Of a stretch of DNA of 64,000 nt, positions 1 through 57,400 are shown piece after piece. This DNA is from Hormiphora californensis (lineage: Eukaryota; Animalia; Ctenophora), in NCBI GenBank assembly GCA_020137815.1, contig CM035352.1, positions 3,534,001-3,598,000 on the forward strand. The letters are read 5' to 3'. The notes beneath the pieces were generated by a model that was not told the origin of the DNA, searched no databases, and saw only the letters and a program-made list of their open reading frames with translations. Made by a program: the position numbers and the translations under genes. Each line of letters starts with the position of its first letter. The stretch's first letter is position 1.

Positions 1-43402
<43,402 letters not shown>

Positions 43403-44254
43403 CACCACTTTACCATTGAGGAGTGAGGACATGCTCGGACTGTAACCACTCCTCTACCATTGAGGCAGTTATAGTGCCATCAGAGAATTTTACGGTGTTC
43501 TCTGTCAGCCTGCTACCTCTTTCCTGGTCGCAAGGACTAGAAGTGGGCAGCGGGCAATGCAGTGTTGGACTGTTTCTGCAAAGTTTCTGCTGCTGTGGGT
43601 ATGATATTGTTGTTGCTCTGGGTATCGAGATTTGTGTGATATATATATCTATATGGACGGTAGTAATGTATTTGTATACTGAGGTTTTTGTGTGTGATGC
43701 AGGGCGTCCTTTTTAAAGCATTTTATAGTTTTACACGACATTAGCATACTTCGTGCCCATTTTGAGTTGACATGTCTGGCGCCGCCAGACCCCATTTTGA
43801 TTCTCTGACAGTGCGCTCAGATCGGGTCGGCGCCTCCAGATAGGAGCTGAGTTTTCCAAATATGTGGAGTTTGAGCTCAAAAGTTTGCTATGAAGTATGT
43901 CAAGGACTGGGTTTGTCTATAGTGTGTAAGGTTTTTTGTTAGTTGATTTTGTGTGTTTTCTCTCTCTTCCCTTCTTCATTTAAAGTGAGAGTGGACCGAC
44001 ACAGAACACTCTAACTTTGATTGAAGGAGACGTAGAATATTTGTCAACATGTGACATAAATTATTGTTAATTTGTCTTTGTTACTGTTAAATTATATCCA
44101 ATATGCCTGTGTTTGTATTAGTGTAATAGAGTTTAATAGATCTGCCATTATTATGTAATCAACCCCTTGGAAAAGAGACCTGGTTCCACTAGTGGTTGTG
44201 TCTCTGGACTCTCATAGGATGCTCGTGATCAGAGTCTCATTGAGACGTACATAA

Positions 44255-44363
44255 CAGGAACCGACCGAATCAGGAAATACTGGTCCCTGATTGGCTGATA
44301 ACCAGTCACGTGACCTAAATAACGAGTTCTGATTGGTTGTTTACTTGTTTCGGTCGGTTCCTG
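44255..44363. mobile_element. 109-bp hAT-like MITE (copy 8)
   Basis: Perfect 8-bp TSD GTACATAA. Confidence 0.9.
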
Positions 44364-44684
44364 GTACATAACTGTCTTGAGTTTCTGTAGTTAAAGTGAC
44401 CTCGATGTAGAATAACAAGCTTGTTTATAATTCTCGGCCCGTGACCCCAAGTAACACTGGGGGACAGTGGAGTTATTGTAATCTCAAAGTGTTATGGTTG
44501 TCAGATTTTCGCTATTTGATTGATGATTTTCTACAAAATTCCGTCTTTTTATTTTGTTTGTGATACCATTGGCAGAGTTGGAAATTGGAATTGGATCGAG
44601 AAGGTTCACGCCACTGCCCTGTAAATCATTTCGATTCTCACTGACAGTGACAGTGCAGAAACAGCCGGCAAATGTTCATAATCA

Positions 44685-45500
44685 TTTGTCTAGACGGGTT
44701 TTGCTCCAGATGGCGTCTAGACGGGTTCCGACGGTTTTAAAACCGTTGCGGTTTAGACGGCACGTCTAAAATGGGCTCAATCCGTTTAGAAGGAACTAGA
44801 CGGAGTTTGACGAGATCAGATGGAGTGGGACTTGGACGAAATCAGGCGGAATCTCTGAAATCAGACGGAAACCAAACCCGTATCAATCACGTCTGAAAGT
44901 GAACGTTATGTCGAACGTTACGTCGCCAATAGAAATTCTGTCTCAAGCCCGTATCTAGCTCTAGCCCGTGTGACTCCGTCTCAAGCCCGTCTGGGCCAAA
45001 ACTCGTTTAGAGTGACGACTGACGCTAAAAATTGTGACGTTACCGCTAAACGTCATGACGTTTAGCAGTAAAGTCACACTTTTTAGCACCTAATTTAGAC
45101 GTCTTTGTCAGCCATTTCTTGAGACGTGCTTGAGACGGAACTTTTAATAGAAATTCTATTGGCGACGTTCAGATGTGCTTGAGAATGAGACGGGTTTGGT
45201 TTTCATCTGATTTTAGACGTTCCGTCTGATTTCGTCCAAGTCCTAGTCCCACTCCATATGATTTCGTTTAAACGGGTTGAGACCATTTCAGACGTGCCGT
45301 CAACATGAACACGGCAACGCGAACGGTTTTAAAACGTCTGACTCCGTCGAGACGGCGCCTGGAGCAAAACCCGTTTAGACAGGTACCGTCTAGACAGGTA
45401 CCGTCTGGACGACGTCTGCGGCAAATGAAAATTTGCCGAAACAGCCCAGGTCAATTGACCTGGGCTGTTTCGGCAAATTTTCATTTGCCGCAGACGTCGT
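44685..45500. mobile_element. Diverged foldback element ending in a perfect 92-bp palindrome
   Basis: TGTCTAGACGGGTTTTGCTCCAG.. is inverted at about 45358-45381; many AGACG/CGTCT subrepeats; palindrome 45409-45500. Confidence 0.65.
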
Positions 45501-46579
45501 TACTCAGACTCGAAACTACCCTGATTTAACCAGTGGTTAGATACATGCTGTCTGGCCAGAGCCCGTTTTGATTCTCCTATAATAAATTAGAATTCTGATC
45601 CTAACTGAGCTCCGATCAGACGCCACACTATACCTGTCTGGCGCATTCTGGACAGAACACCACATCTGGGAAAGACCCTCAAGTCCAACGGCCAACATAC
45701 CAGACGCCATTATTAGAGTCATGACACACCAAATTGGTAGACTGGTGCCAATGGAAATTCAGATTGTTTGTGTTTGTTCGAGTCACTGTCTCGATACAAA
45801 TTACAAACATTTCAGCGCGATGTCTGACCACTCTCCTCGTAGTTTGCTGAGTAAGGGGGAAGAGTGTCACACTCTTCCCCCTTACTCAACAACTCGTAGT
45901 CGTACCGCTCAAAGAGCGAAGCACGCAAGAAAGAGGGCCAGCGTGAATCCTGACAGATGCAGCTGCAGATGCAAATATAAAATTGGTTTGATGGGGATTT
46001 CCATTACCACACACGCTTTGGCACCAATCTAGTTCAGTTGAATGAACATTAAAACACACACATACAGTTGGTTTAACTACGAAATTATTCATATCGATAT
46101 TATAAATATAAGATGAGTAATTAATAAATTGTAATAAACTTTCACTTTTTTGTACCAAACTAAGTCATGGCGTCTACTACACTTAACAGTAATTGTCTAA
46201 ATCTCCTCTCTACAAAAACGTAAACACCCGATTTAGGAACTCAGTTACATGACGATATAAACTAACTAATTTCTCCTCAATCAATATTAGTAATAGTATA
46301 ATCACGGTGTCCTATCAGTAATTTTCAAACAGAATAGTAACAGTAACTGAATCGGTGAACGAAAAAAACTTCGTGGGTTACTAACTGACGGTACGACCTT
46401 AATCTTGCAAACAAACTCGCAAGGGTGCAGGGGATTGACTACCCCTGCCTTGGCTTTACAACTTGTCTTCTATTACGTACAGTTCAGATTTTGTCAATTG
46501 TCAGAAATCTTCAATAAATTAGTTCTCTGAATCTGTTATCAAATAAAACGGATTAAACTTGACTCCGTTATAATGTCAT

Positions 46580-49500
46580 TCAATCATCACTCAAGAGAAA
46601 CTGAGCATCTGCAATAACTTCAGTCTTCACAGAGGACACTACACATTCTGACGATGCCGCCTCTCCAACCGTCTCTTCCTCTTCAGGCGGTGTCGTGTTA
46701 TTTGCCTCTAGGACTTGCTTGAGAAGGGCTGTTAGTTTAGGACCGTCTACTGACTCATTCTTTACTCCTAGCTCGTTCTGGTCCAGATCTGGGACTAGCA
46801 TTTCTAGTAAGGAACACACCTGCAGGATAGCGGGGTTTACTTTTGAGTCGCTGTGAAATTTATGAACATTGAACAAGTCACGTTTACTAACTAGATAAAT
46901 AACACGGTCGATTGTAGTGGGAAAACGGTAATGGAAAACGAAGATACAGTAAGACGACGCGCAACCGTGACCAATCAGGGCGCTAGTACGTGCTGACACA
47001 TGAACTTTTTGTCGCGCGTTATGCACCGTGCGCGTCTCCTTACTGTATTTTCATTACGGTAATTTGACTACAAGCAGCACTGTAAGAGCACTGTTTATTA
47101 CAAGAATAAACCGAACGTTGGAATTCGTATTCAAATACCTGAGATCTGAGGTCTCTGAGTTGAAGTGTCCTACTAACAAGTAGGTTCCACCTTGTTTTAG
47201 GGTGCAACTTTACCAGCTTGTTTACTACCTGGAGAGTATATAAACAAATTATAAAGTTTAACGGGAGTCCTAAATGTAGCCCATATTCCACCTCTCCTTG
47301 CCCCCCCCCTCCAACCGGTCCTATAGTACCCCCGTCCCCCAGTAGTATTATAGTTGAGAAGCTACATACTTGTATGTCTCGATCCTCAGTCAGGTTCATT
47401 TCATTAATGGTGTTGGTCTTATCAACAATGAACAGGTGAGAGTTGCCAGCCTTATTGGTGGAGGACCCCGCAGCTGCAGGGGCGGTAGTAGCAGCTCTCT
47501 TGGAAGAGGGAGTTGATTGGGTTGATGGAAGGGACCTTTTACCCAGCGGTGTTTTACCTGGCGAGAGGGAATTGGTGTGAGTTTTAGAGGTCTTGGTTTA
47601 GTTGTGCTGACACAACATTCAACTGTCAACATGGCAACAAATTGATATATAATGACAAACTGACAAACTCTCCCCAACATGAACAAACTGATATAATGAC
47701 AAACTGACATGACAAATTGATGTAACAATCTGACGTTTAGGATGATATTTAACCTTTTTGAAGAATCATTATTTGCATATCAGCAGTGGCTTTCTGGGTT
47801 GTGAGCTGTGAGTGATCTTCAACGTCATGGCTGTTTCCATGGTGATCGCTAATGACCTGTCTGTTTCCATGGATATTACTAATGACATGGATGTTTCCAC
47901 GGTGTTTATATTGTGTGTTTCCATGGTTGTTGTACTGAACACTGATTATGCCATTAGTCATAGTTCTACTCGTGACGTCACTATGGTGATGAGTGACGTC
48001 ACTATGGTGATGTGTGATGTCACTATGGTGATGTGTGACGTCACTATGGTGATGTGTGACGTCACTATGGTGATGAGTGACGTCACTATGGTGATGAGTG
48101 ACGTCACTATGGTGATGCGTGACGTCACTATGGTGATGAGTGACGTCACTATGGTGATGTGTGACGTCACTATGGTGATGTGTGACGTCACTATGGTGAT
48201 GTGTGACGTCACTATGGTGATAGCCAGTTATACCAGGGGTAACAGCTGTCACGACAAGTTCATCATCATCATCATCATTTTGGGTTGATGTTGCACTCTG
48301 CCATTTTGAGGGGGCGTTACTCTTGGCAGCACGGCCTAGTAACTTTCGATCTGCGACAACCTGGGAGGAGCAGAGCGGTTATCAAAGATATAAAACTACT
48401 AATAGTCGGTTTTCTATTATACCCGAATCCCCCAAATATAATCCTGTGATCAATGATTACCAATTGTTACTAATGGTAACCAATGGTTACTAATGGTTAC
48501 TAATGGTAACCAATGGTTACCAACGGTTACTAATACCTGAGATGTGATCGGCTGTTCGCTGCTAAATGAAGCTTTCCGGTGTGTCTTCCTCTCCTGGACA
48601 ATCTGAATCTCATCATCATCGTCATCACCTGACCCGGCACTTCCCCCACCCTCTCTTGTTGATCTCTTCTGAGGGGGACAAATGGTTACCAGTGGTTACC
48701 AATGGTTACCTGATCCGGCACTTCCCCCACCCTCTCTTGTTGTTAATGTTACTGATCTCTTCTGAGGTGATTTAGAATATCTGATTATTATACACGGCGG
48801 TATTTTGCTGTGCAGTGTAGTACAGTCTGTCTGGCGCCACCGACCCTGTCGTTGAGAATCAAATGCGGGTCTGGCGCTGCAAGACAAAGTACAGTCGGAC
48901 CTCGATTTACCAGGGGAAGGGCTTTTGCACGGTGAATCGAGGCGTAGTATGATATTCAGGATCTACAATATACATTCTAGTTCGGGGAAATTCATCATGA
49001 CTGAATATTCTTTGTATAAATAGTGTTAACCTAACAGTTCAAAATAATTGTGATATAGCAAAGCAAGCAAGCAAAGCAAGGCGGCTTGGCCAGGAGTTCC
49101 TAGGAAATGCAAAATCTCCTTTAATCCAGTTTTTCCAGTTTTTGGAGCCATCATTGTAAATTATTACAGCTGTCTTCTTTTCTGTTTGTAGAAATCCTGT
49201 TATTCATTCTACTGACAGTACGAAGTGTTTGTTTGTTTTTATTTTGTTGTCTAGCGGTGCTTCTTAGAGATTTAAACTTTCCCAAAACCTAATTACAGGA
49301 TTCCTTTGACTATCTCGTGTTTTTCTTTGGTCCATTTTCCGTTAATTTTTAATCTCCCTGTGGTCGTGGATTCTGTGATACTTCTGTCTACGTGGTGAAT
49401 CAGAATAATGTTGTTATTCTCTTTACTGCTCTTAGTTTCTTCGCATTATGTTTTTTGTATTTTTAGCATTTATCCATATATAATATGGGTAATATGGGTA

Positions 49501-51411
49501 TGTAATTAGTGGTTTCTCCTAAATCAGTAAATCGTTTCATTTCAAACTCCTTAACTTCAATTTCAAACGCCCTCTATTCCATTGTAGTATCATAATGTGC
49601 GATATCCGTGGCCTGGTCGTGGACAATGGATCCGGAGTGATGAAGGCCGGTTTTATCGGAGATAACGCTCCCCGATCTGTCTTCCCCTCCGTTGTTGGGC
49701 GACCTAAAAACCACAAGCTTAACAAGAAGGCCATTTATATCGGGGATGAGGCTGAGGCCAATCAAAGAACCCTGACCCTGAACTACCCCATAGAGCGAGG
49801 ACAGGTGACCAACTGGGACGATATGGAGGCCATCTGGCATCACACCTTCTACAATGAGCTCCGAATGGCCCCAGAGGATACGCCCGTCCTCCTGACTGAG
49901 GCTCCCCTCAACCCCAAGGCCAACAGGGAGAAGATGACCGAGATCATGTTCGAGACCTTCAACACCCCCGCCATGTTCCTCGCGGTGTGCGGACTCTAGT
50001 GCTACACTCTAAGTCTACAGTGGACTCTATATCTAAATTTAGATTTAGATAAAGAGTCCAAATAAGTCTAAACTCTAGGAGGACTCTATCTCTAAAAAGT
50101 CTAAACAGGGCGGACTCTTTATCTAAAAAGTCTACAAAGAGCGGACTCTATATCTACATAAATCTAAATTAGACATAGAGTCCGCCATTCTCAGCGAACT
50201 CGAGATTCCGGCCGTTAGGCCGGGAACGAGAGTTTGCTGTACCTCTATACTAATTGAGAAGTGTTAGGGCCATTATTTGGGTTCGAGGTTAGGGTTAGGG
50301 TTATGGTTAGGGTTAGGTTTTGGGTTGGTTTAGGATTTTAGACATAGAGTCCGGGTTGGGGGATTTGGCGCCAAAATGTACCAGGGGACTCTATGTCTAA
50401 AAAGTCTACACAGTGCGGACTCTATATCTAAAAAGTCTACACTGGGCGGACTCTTTATCTAAACTTTTTTCAAAGTCTAACTGTAGATAAAGAGTCCGCT
50501 TTTAGATATAGAGTCCGCCTTGAATTTAGATAAAGAGTCCGTTAGCACTAGAGTCCGCCCACCGTTCCTCGCCAACCAGGCTGTCCTATCCCTCTACAGC
50601 TCCGGCCGAATCACTGGTATCGTAATAGATTCTGGTGATGGTGTCTCCCATACCGTACCCATCTACGAGGGCTACGCCCTGCCCCACGCCGTCATGAGGC
50701 TTGACCTTGCCGGACGAGATCTCACCGACTACCTGGTGAAGATCCTTCACGAACGAGGATACTCCTTCACATCATCCTCCGAGAGGGAGATCGTCAGGGA
50801 CATTAAGGAGAAGCTCTGCTACGTCGCCAGAGACTTTGATAAAGAAATGGGTAAGGGTTGTGAGAAGAGCTACGAGCTGCCTGATGGGACGGTCATCACC
50901 CTTGGAGACCAGATGTTCAGATGCCCCGAGCTGCTCTTCAAGCCCCAGCTTGACGGAGGAAAGCCAGGTGGTCTCGACCAGAAGACCTTTGAAACTATCA
51001 TGAAGTGTGATTCTGGAATCAGGAGGGAACTGTGCCAGAATATCTGCCTTTCCGGCGGAAACACCATGTTCCTGGGAATGAAGGAGAGGATGCAGAAGGA
51101 GATCACCGCCCTCGCTCCCCCCACCATGAAGATCAAAGTTGTTACTCCTCCCGAGAGGAAGTACTCTGCCTGGGTTGGAGGTTCCATCCTGGCATCTCTC
51201 TCTAGCATGGAGAACACGTGGATCCTCAAGCAGATGTACGATGACTCTGGACCCTCCATCGTCCACGGGGAAAATCAATTCACCATGAGTCCCGAAGAAA
51301 TAAAATACGTATTGCGTCACTTGCGAGAGATCTGATTATTCTGATCCCGTACTACAAAGAGAAAGAGAGAGAGAGTGAGAGAGAGAGAGAGAGAGAGAAA
51401 GGGAGAGTGAG

Positions 51412-51463
<52 letters not shown>

Positions 51464-54400
51464 CAGTTCTATTAGTACATGTAAAGAGACACACACTAAC
51501 AGAAGACAAGTAAAAATATTAGTTGAGGTAAACAAATTGGAGTGAGGGGGATAATGGAGAGATATGTGTTGGTCGAAAACTATGCGTGATGTCCAACTTA
51601 GTTGCTCTATTTTTCAATGCCCAGCTCTGTCTATATCGATCTATCCAAATAGAATGCAACCGTTATACCTTTTGTACAGCTTTCCCAACGGTCAGTACGT
51701 CCCCCTTGACTCTTTGTTCCTGTCTCTCTATGATGGAGGCAGCCACTTTCTTCGCCTGATTCACCTGCTTCATCTTCCTATGAGGGGAAGAGGGGGTAGA
51801 TCATTATATATTGAGGGTCTGTCAGAGCATTGGCCTGACCCATTCTCGTTTCTCTCGCGCGAGAACTGTGGTCAGAGCATTGGCCTGACAGTGGAGGGTG
51901 GGAAAGACCAAAGGGGTAAGCGTGGGAGAAGAGAGAGGGTCATAGAGCCAGAGAGGGTGGGAGAAGGGGTGAGCGTGAAGAGACGTCTCGAGACCTACTA
52001 AAATATATTTTGGTATATGGATCGCTTCCGATCATGAATGTGACTGTTTGTGATGGTATAACGGGTGGCAACTAAAAATTGTCACAAACTTAAAACGGCT
52101 GTAGAATTTTTCCCTTTTGAGATACAGCTTCGGGCCAGTGATAGAACGATTTTTCAGACAATTTTGAATAGGAATAATATGTCTTCAAAGAATGAAACGT
52201 TTATGTTCATTGCGATATCGCATCGTTTCCTCTTGAACCACCAAAGCACTTTGTACGAGAAACTTTCACACTTTTCTAGCACCTCCAGCGCCTGTTCTGT
52301 TTGAGATACAGCTTCGGGACAATGATAGAATGATTTGTCAGACAATTTTGAACAAAATTAACTTAGTTTCAAACTCAATTTCCTGGTCAGGATCTTGTGA
52401 AACAAACCCGCCAAAGCGTAGTTTACAGGTAATTTGAGAAATCGCCATTTCGACGATCTCTCAAACATTTATGACGCGGGAAAACCATCTTCCCGATGAG
52501 CTAAAATTTTGAAACTTGGCAGTTATGTTGGGTATGGCATAAACAACCAAACATCCAATTTTGAGAATCTTATCTTATGGGAAAGGTCGTTTCTGATCAA
52601 ATAGAACTTTCGAATCTCCGTACAAGTGCTTTGGTAGGTCAATAGGAAATGATGCGATATCGCAATGAAAATGAACATTTTATCCTTTGAAGACATATTA
52701 TTCCTATTCAAAATTGTCTGAAAAATCGATCTATCACTGGCCCGAAACTGACAACTGTATCTCAAAAGGAAAAAATTCTACAGCCGTTTTAAATTTGTGA
52801 CAATTTTTAGTTGCCACCCGTTATATCGTTACCGTTTCTTGAATGTTTTGACATAAGGTTCCTCGTCCTGTTCAAGTTCGTCAGCTTCACAGGGAATATC
52901 ACAGCTCGAGTAATAAATATCCTTGTTGTCTTTACAGAACCACTATGGGTGTTAGGAAGGGAGGGTGTTAGGAAGGGAGGGTATTATGAAGGGAGGGTGT
53001 TAGGAAGGGAGGGTGTTAGGAAGGAAGGGTGTTAGGAAGGGAGGGTGTTAGGAAGGGAGGGTGTTAGGAAGGGAGGGTGTTAGGAAGGGAGGGTGTTAGG
53101 AAGGAAGGGTGTTAGGAAGGGAGGGTGTTATGAAGTGAGGGTGTTATGAAGGGAGGGTGTTAGGAAGGGAGGGTGTTAGGAAGGGAGGGTGTCAGGAAGG
53201 GAGGGTATTAGGAAGGGAGGGTGTTAGGAAGGGAGGGTGTTAGGAAGGGAGGGTGTTAGGAAGGGTGTTAGGAAGGGAGGGTATTAGGAAGGGAGGGTGT
53301 TAGGAAGGGAGGGTGTTAGGAAGGGAGGGTGTTAGGAAGGGAGGGTATTAGGAAGGGAGGGTGTTAGGAAGGGAGGGTGTTAGGAAGGGAGGGTGTTAGG
53401 AAGGGAGGGTGTTATGAAGGGAGGGTGTTAGGAAGGGAGGGTGTTAGGAAGGGAGGGTGTTAGGAAGGGAGGGTGTTAGGAAGGGAGGGTGTTAGGAAGG
53501 GAGGGTGTTAGGAAGGGAGGGTGTTATGAAGGGAGGGTATTAGGAAGGGAGGGTGTTAGGAAGGGAGGGTATTAGGAAGGGAGGGTGTTAGGAAGGGAGG
53601 GTGTTAGGAAGGGAGGGTGTTAGGAAGGGAGGGTGTTAGGAAGGGAGGGTATTAGGAAGGGAGGGTGTTAGGAAGGGAGGGTGTTAGGAAGGGAAGGTGT
53701 TGGGAAGGGAGGGTGTTAGGAAGGGAGGGTGTTAGGAAAGGAGGGTGTTAGGAAGGGAGGGTGTTAGGAAGGGAGGGTGTTAGGAAGGGAGGGTGTTAGG
53801 AAGGGAGGGTGTTAGGAAGGGAGGGTGTTAGGAAGGGAGGGTGTTAAGAAGGAAGGGTGTTAGGAAGGAAGGGTGTTAGGAAGGGAGGGTGTTAGGAAGG
53901 GAGGGTGTTAAGAAGGGAGGGTGTTAGGAAGGGAGGGTGTTAGGAATGGAGGGTGTTAGGAAGGGAGGGTGTTAGGAAGGGAGGGTATTAGGAAGGGAGG
54001 GTGTTAGGAAGGGAGGGTGTTAGGAAGGGAGGGTATTAGGAAGGGAGGGTGTTAGGAAGGGAGGGTGTTAGGAAGGGAGGGTGTTAGGAAGGGAGGGTGT
54101 TAGGAAGGGAGGGTATTAGGAAGGGAGGGTGTTAGGAAGGGAGGGTGTTAGGAAGGGAGGGTGTTAGGAAGGGAGGGTGTTAGGAAGGGAGGGTGTTAGG
54201 AAGGAAGGGTGTTAGGAAGGGAGGGTATTAGGAAGGGATGGTATTAGGAAGGGAGGGTGTTAGGAAGGAAGGGTGTTAGGAAGAGAGGGTGTTAGGAAGG
54301 GAGGGTGTTAGGAAGGAAGGGTGTTAGGAAGGGAGGGTGTTAGGAAGGGAGGGTGTTAGGAAGGGAGGGTGTTAGGAAGGGAGGGTGTTAGGAAGGGAGG

Positions 54401-57400
54401 GTATTAGGAAGGGAGGGTGTTAGGAAGGGAGGGTGTTAGGAAGGGAGGGTATTAGGAAGGGAGGGTGTTAGGAAGGGAGGGTGTTAGGAAGGGAGGGTGT
54501 TAGGAATGGAGGGTGTTAGGAAGGAATTCAACTGTTTCTCGCTACAAATTAAACTTCCCCGACCGTGTTATATTTTTGGCCCCTACACAGTCCCACAGCT
54601 CAACTGAAAACACCAACCTTTTCAGTTGGTTATGAAGCTAAGTCCCCCATAACACGCCCGGCGCTCCGTGAGCTTGCACACCAACCTTTTCAGGAAGACC
54701 CTGACTGAAAATACCAACCTTTTCAGGAAGATCCTCAGCTGCAATGTTATCCGGTACCTTCCGCCACTTGAGACACCTGGGGTTCTCACATTGCACCCAC
54801 AGCTGATCGGGCACAACCTCCCTAACAATTCCTTCTGGCGTGTTTTCCATGTCCCCGCATTTCTCATTCCTGGGAGGGGGGGGGGGGAACTTATCGAGCA
54901 AGGTAAGATTTCACACGTTTTAACACGAAACAGCAACAACTTAGCAAATCAGGTTCCTAATACGTCGTATACAAACAAACAAACGAGGAACAAACAAACA
55001 CATAAATTTACCAGTAATCGTTTAGTTTCTGAGCAAGGGCAAAGAGTGTAGAGCGGTACTGTTTATTGTTATCAAAATCTTGTTTGTTGTGAGTTGGTGT
55101 CAGGTAAGTCGCACTTCTATAATACCAACCACTCCTGTACCCATGTTGTTCGGCTGAAAATGGGGATGATTTTGATGTACACCATAACCATGATTTTGAT
55201 GTACACCATAACCAGGGTGTGATCTGATAACTGATAGCTCAGCCACATGAAAATAGGGATATATTTTAGATGGTTTGGATGTGATACACCATATAACTGT
55301 TGTTATGTTATGGGGCACGGTGAAACAGGGTCGAGCAAAGCAAAATTTAACTGATAGCTAGCTCAGCTAATTTCCAAATTCAAAATGTCTAAAAAAAGTA
55401 CAACTAAAACCCAGCATTGCTGGGCCAGCAACCTACCTTAGTCTGGTATCCGACCCTGACATAACTTCTGATCAGTCTGTTTCGGTAGTACATCATGATA
55501 CCGTAGTTGTCTGTCTCACTCTCGGGGTTAAACCCAAATACTATCTTCTGGGCTCTTTCAAGGCCCTGCAGGAAGAGAGAGTGAGAGTCTCGGGATTAAA
55601 CCCAAATACTATCTTCTGGGCTCTGTCAAGGCCCTGCAGGAAGAGGTAGGGGACACTAGTAGTGTGAAACACGGAGTAAAGGCGTGTCTTCGGTTAGGAA
55701 GCGATTGTATTGTTTGTCCAAAAAAGATAAGGATGAAGGAAGAGTACGTAGCCAAGAAAGACTAGACGGCAAAACTAAATTACCTGTGGCTTATAACTGT
55801 CCACTAGTGTTTTTGACAAAGATTTCTTGATGAGTCTAGTCTTTACTTTCTTCTCTCTTAAAAATATCTGCATCTTTGGTCGAAGGAACAGAATAGCACA
55901 GTAATCCTTGGGGAGATATTGGGTCGTTAAAACCTGCCCATCTTAATGTCTGATTTTGGCAAGAATATCTTACCACTCTCAGTCTAATCTCCTAGTCTAC
56001 TATTTTATCCCGGATCCATCTTTATCTTTATCTAATTTAATTTCCACTGATAGAACCCCATGAAGCCCCGTCTTATTATTATATTTCCGTACCCTGAGTG
56101 ATGAATCGGTAGTGGGGGCTGTATTGATCCTATCTTGTCGTACAAACAGGGATTTATTGTCCATGGTGGAATCATCATCAGCGATACAGATATCTTCTGG
56201 ATCGCTATTGAAATCAAACTCATACTCTCCCGCGTGGGTCTTTCGTAGATTGTACACCACAATGTATGTACCCGTTTCTATTGGAGGAGGTGGGGGGTTA
56301 ATCGTCGGTGGAGACTGGGGGCGGGTTATAGGTTAGTCAATAATGGTCGGAGGAGTTGTTGAGATTAGTTCAAAGTGGAAGAAAAAACAATCTAAAAGCA
56401 TTGAATTGGAGAATCCTAACCAGCACAACTACTTGCCAAGCTAAACTGTGTTTCGGGCGCCCCCGAAATGTAAAGAGGATTAGAACATAATAACACTGCT
56501 ATACAATAATTCTGTTTTTATACCAACCTTTAATTTTCTGATTCATCACATCCAGCAGCTCTCTCTGCGATTTAAACACACTAAACTGACAGATACACTC
56601 TAAACTCGTTTTACTGTCCGGTGTCTCGATCATCTCTTCTGTATTTAGGGCCCAACTGACAGACGGAACAAGGATGGTCTCAGCGTTCACTGCTTCGAGA
56701 TAGGTCTGAGAGAGGAGTCCCACACTCACTATACAATCTGAGAGAGGAAAAGAGGAGTTTAGTAATTGCTAGAAGGTGAATGGGAGGTGTTTTTTAGTGA
56801 CAATCCCGTGACAATTTAGGAAGAGGAGTTTGGTGATAACCAACTATTGCAATATAGTCAGGACCACTATTGGTGCGCGGTCGTGCCCACGGAAGGAGTG
56901 CTTGGATCATCTTGAAACCGGTTTTAAGTTCACTAATGCATGCCCTAAAGTGTCTGTAGCCATTTGGGTGATGTTCTGACAATCCAATCACGAGTTATGA
57001 CCGAAAAACAGTCAAAAAAGACGTTTTAAAGTGACAAAAAGGAGGATCTGAACACAGCCCTTATATGAAGGGCTGGGGCTTTGAAACTTCTTGTGTGGAC
57101 AGAGAATCGTCCAAATTTGCAGTGTCAACTTTCAGATAGTTTCTATCTTTTGTAGTTATCTAATTAGAGTCGTTTAAACATGTGAGAAGTTGCTAAAGGG
57201 CCCTATAATACTGCTTGTGAAGTGATCACTTGACGAGATTTGCCCAATTAGAGAGCGGATTAAAGCATACAAGCGGTGAGAGCAAGCAATATGAGACGGA
57301 AGCAGTACCTAATCACCCTGTTTTGTAGGGTCATATAGGTTGTCTCACATGTTTAAACGACTCTAATTAGATAACTACAAAAGATAGAAACTATCTGAAA

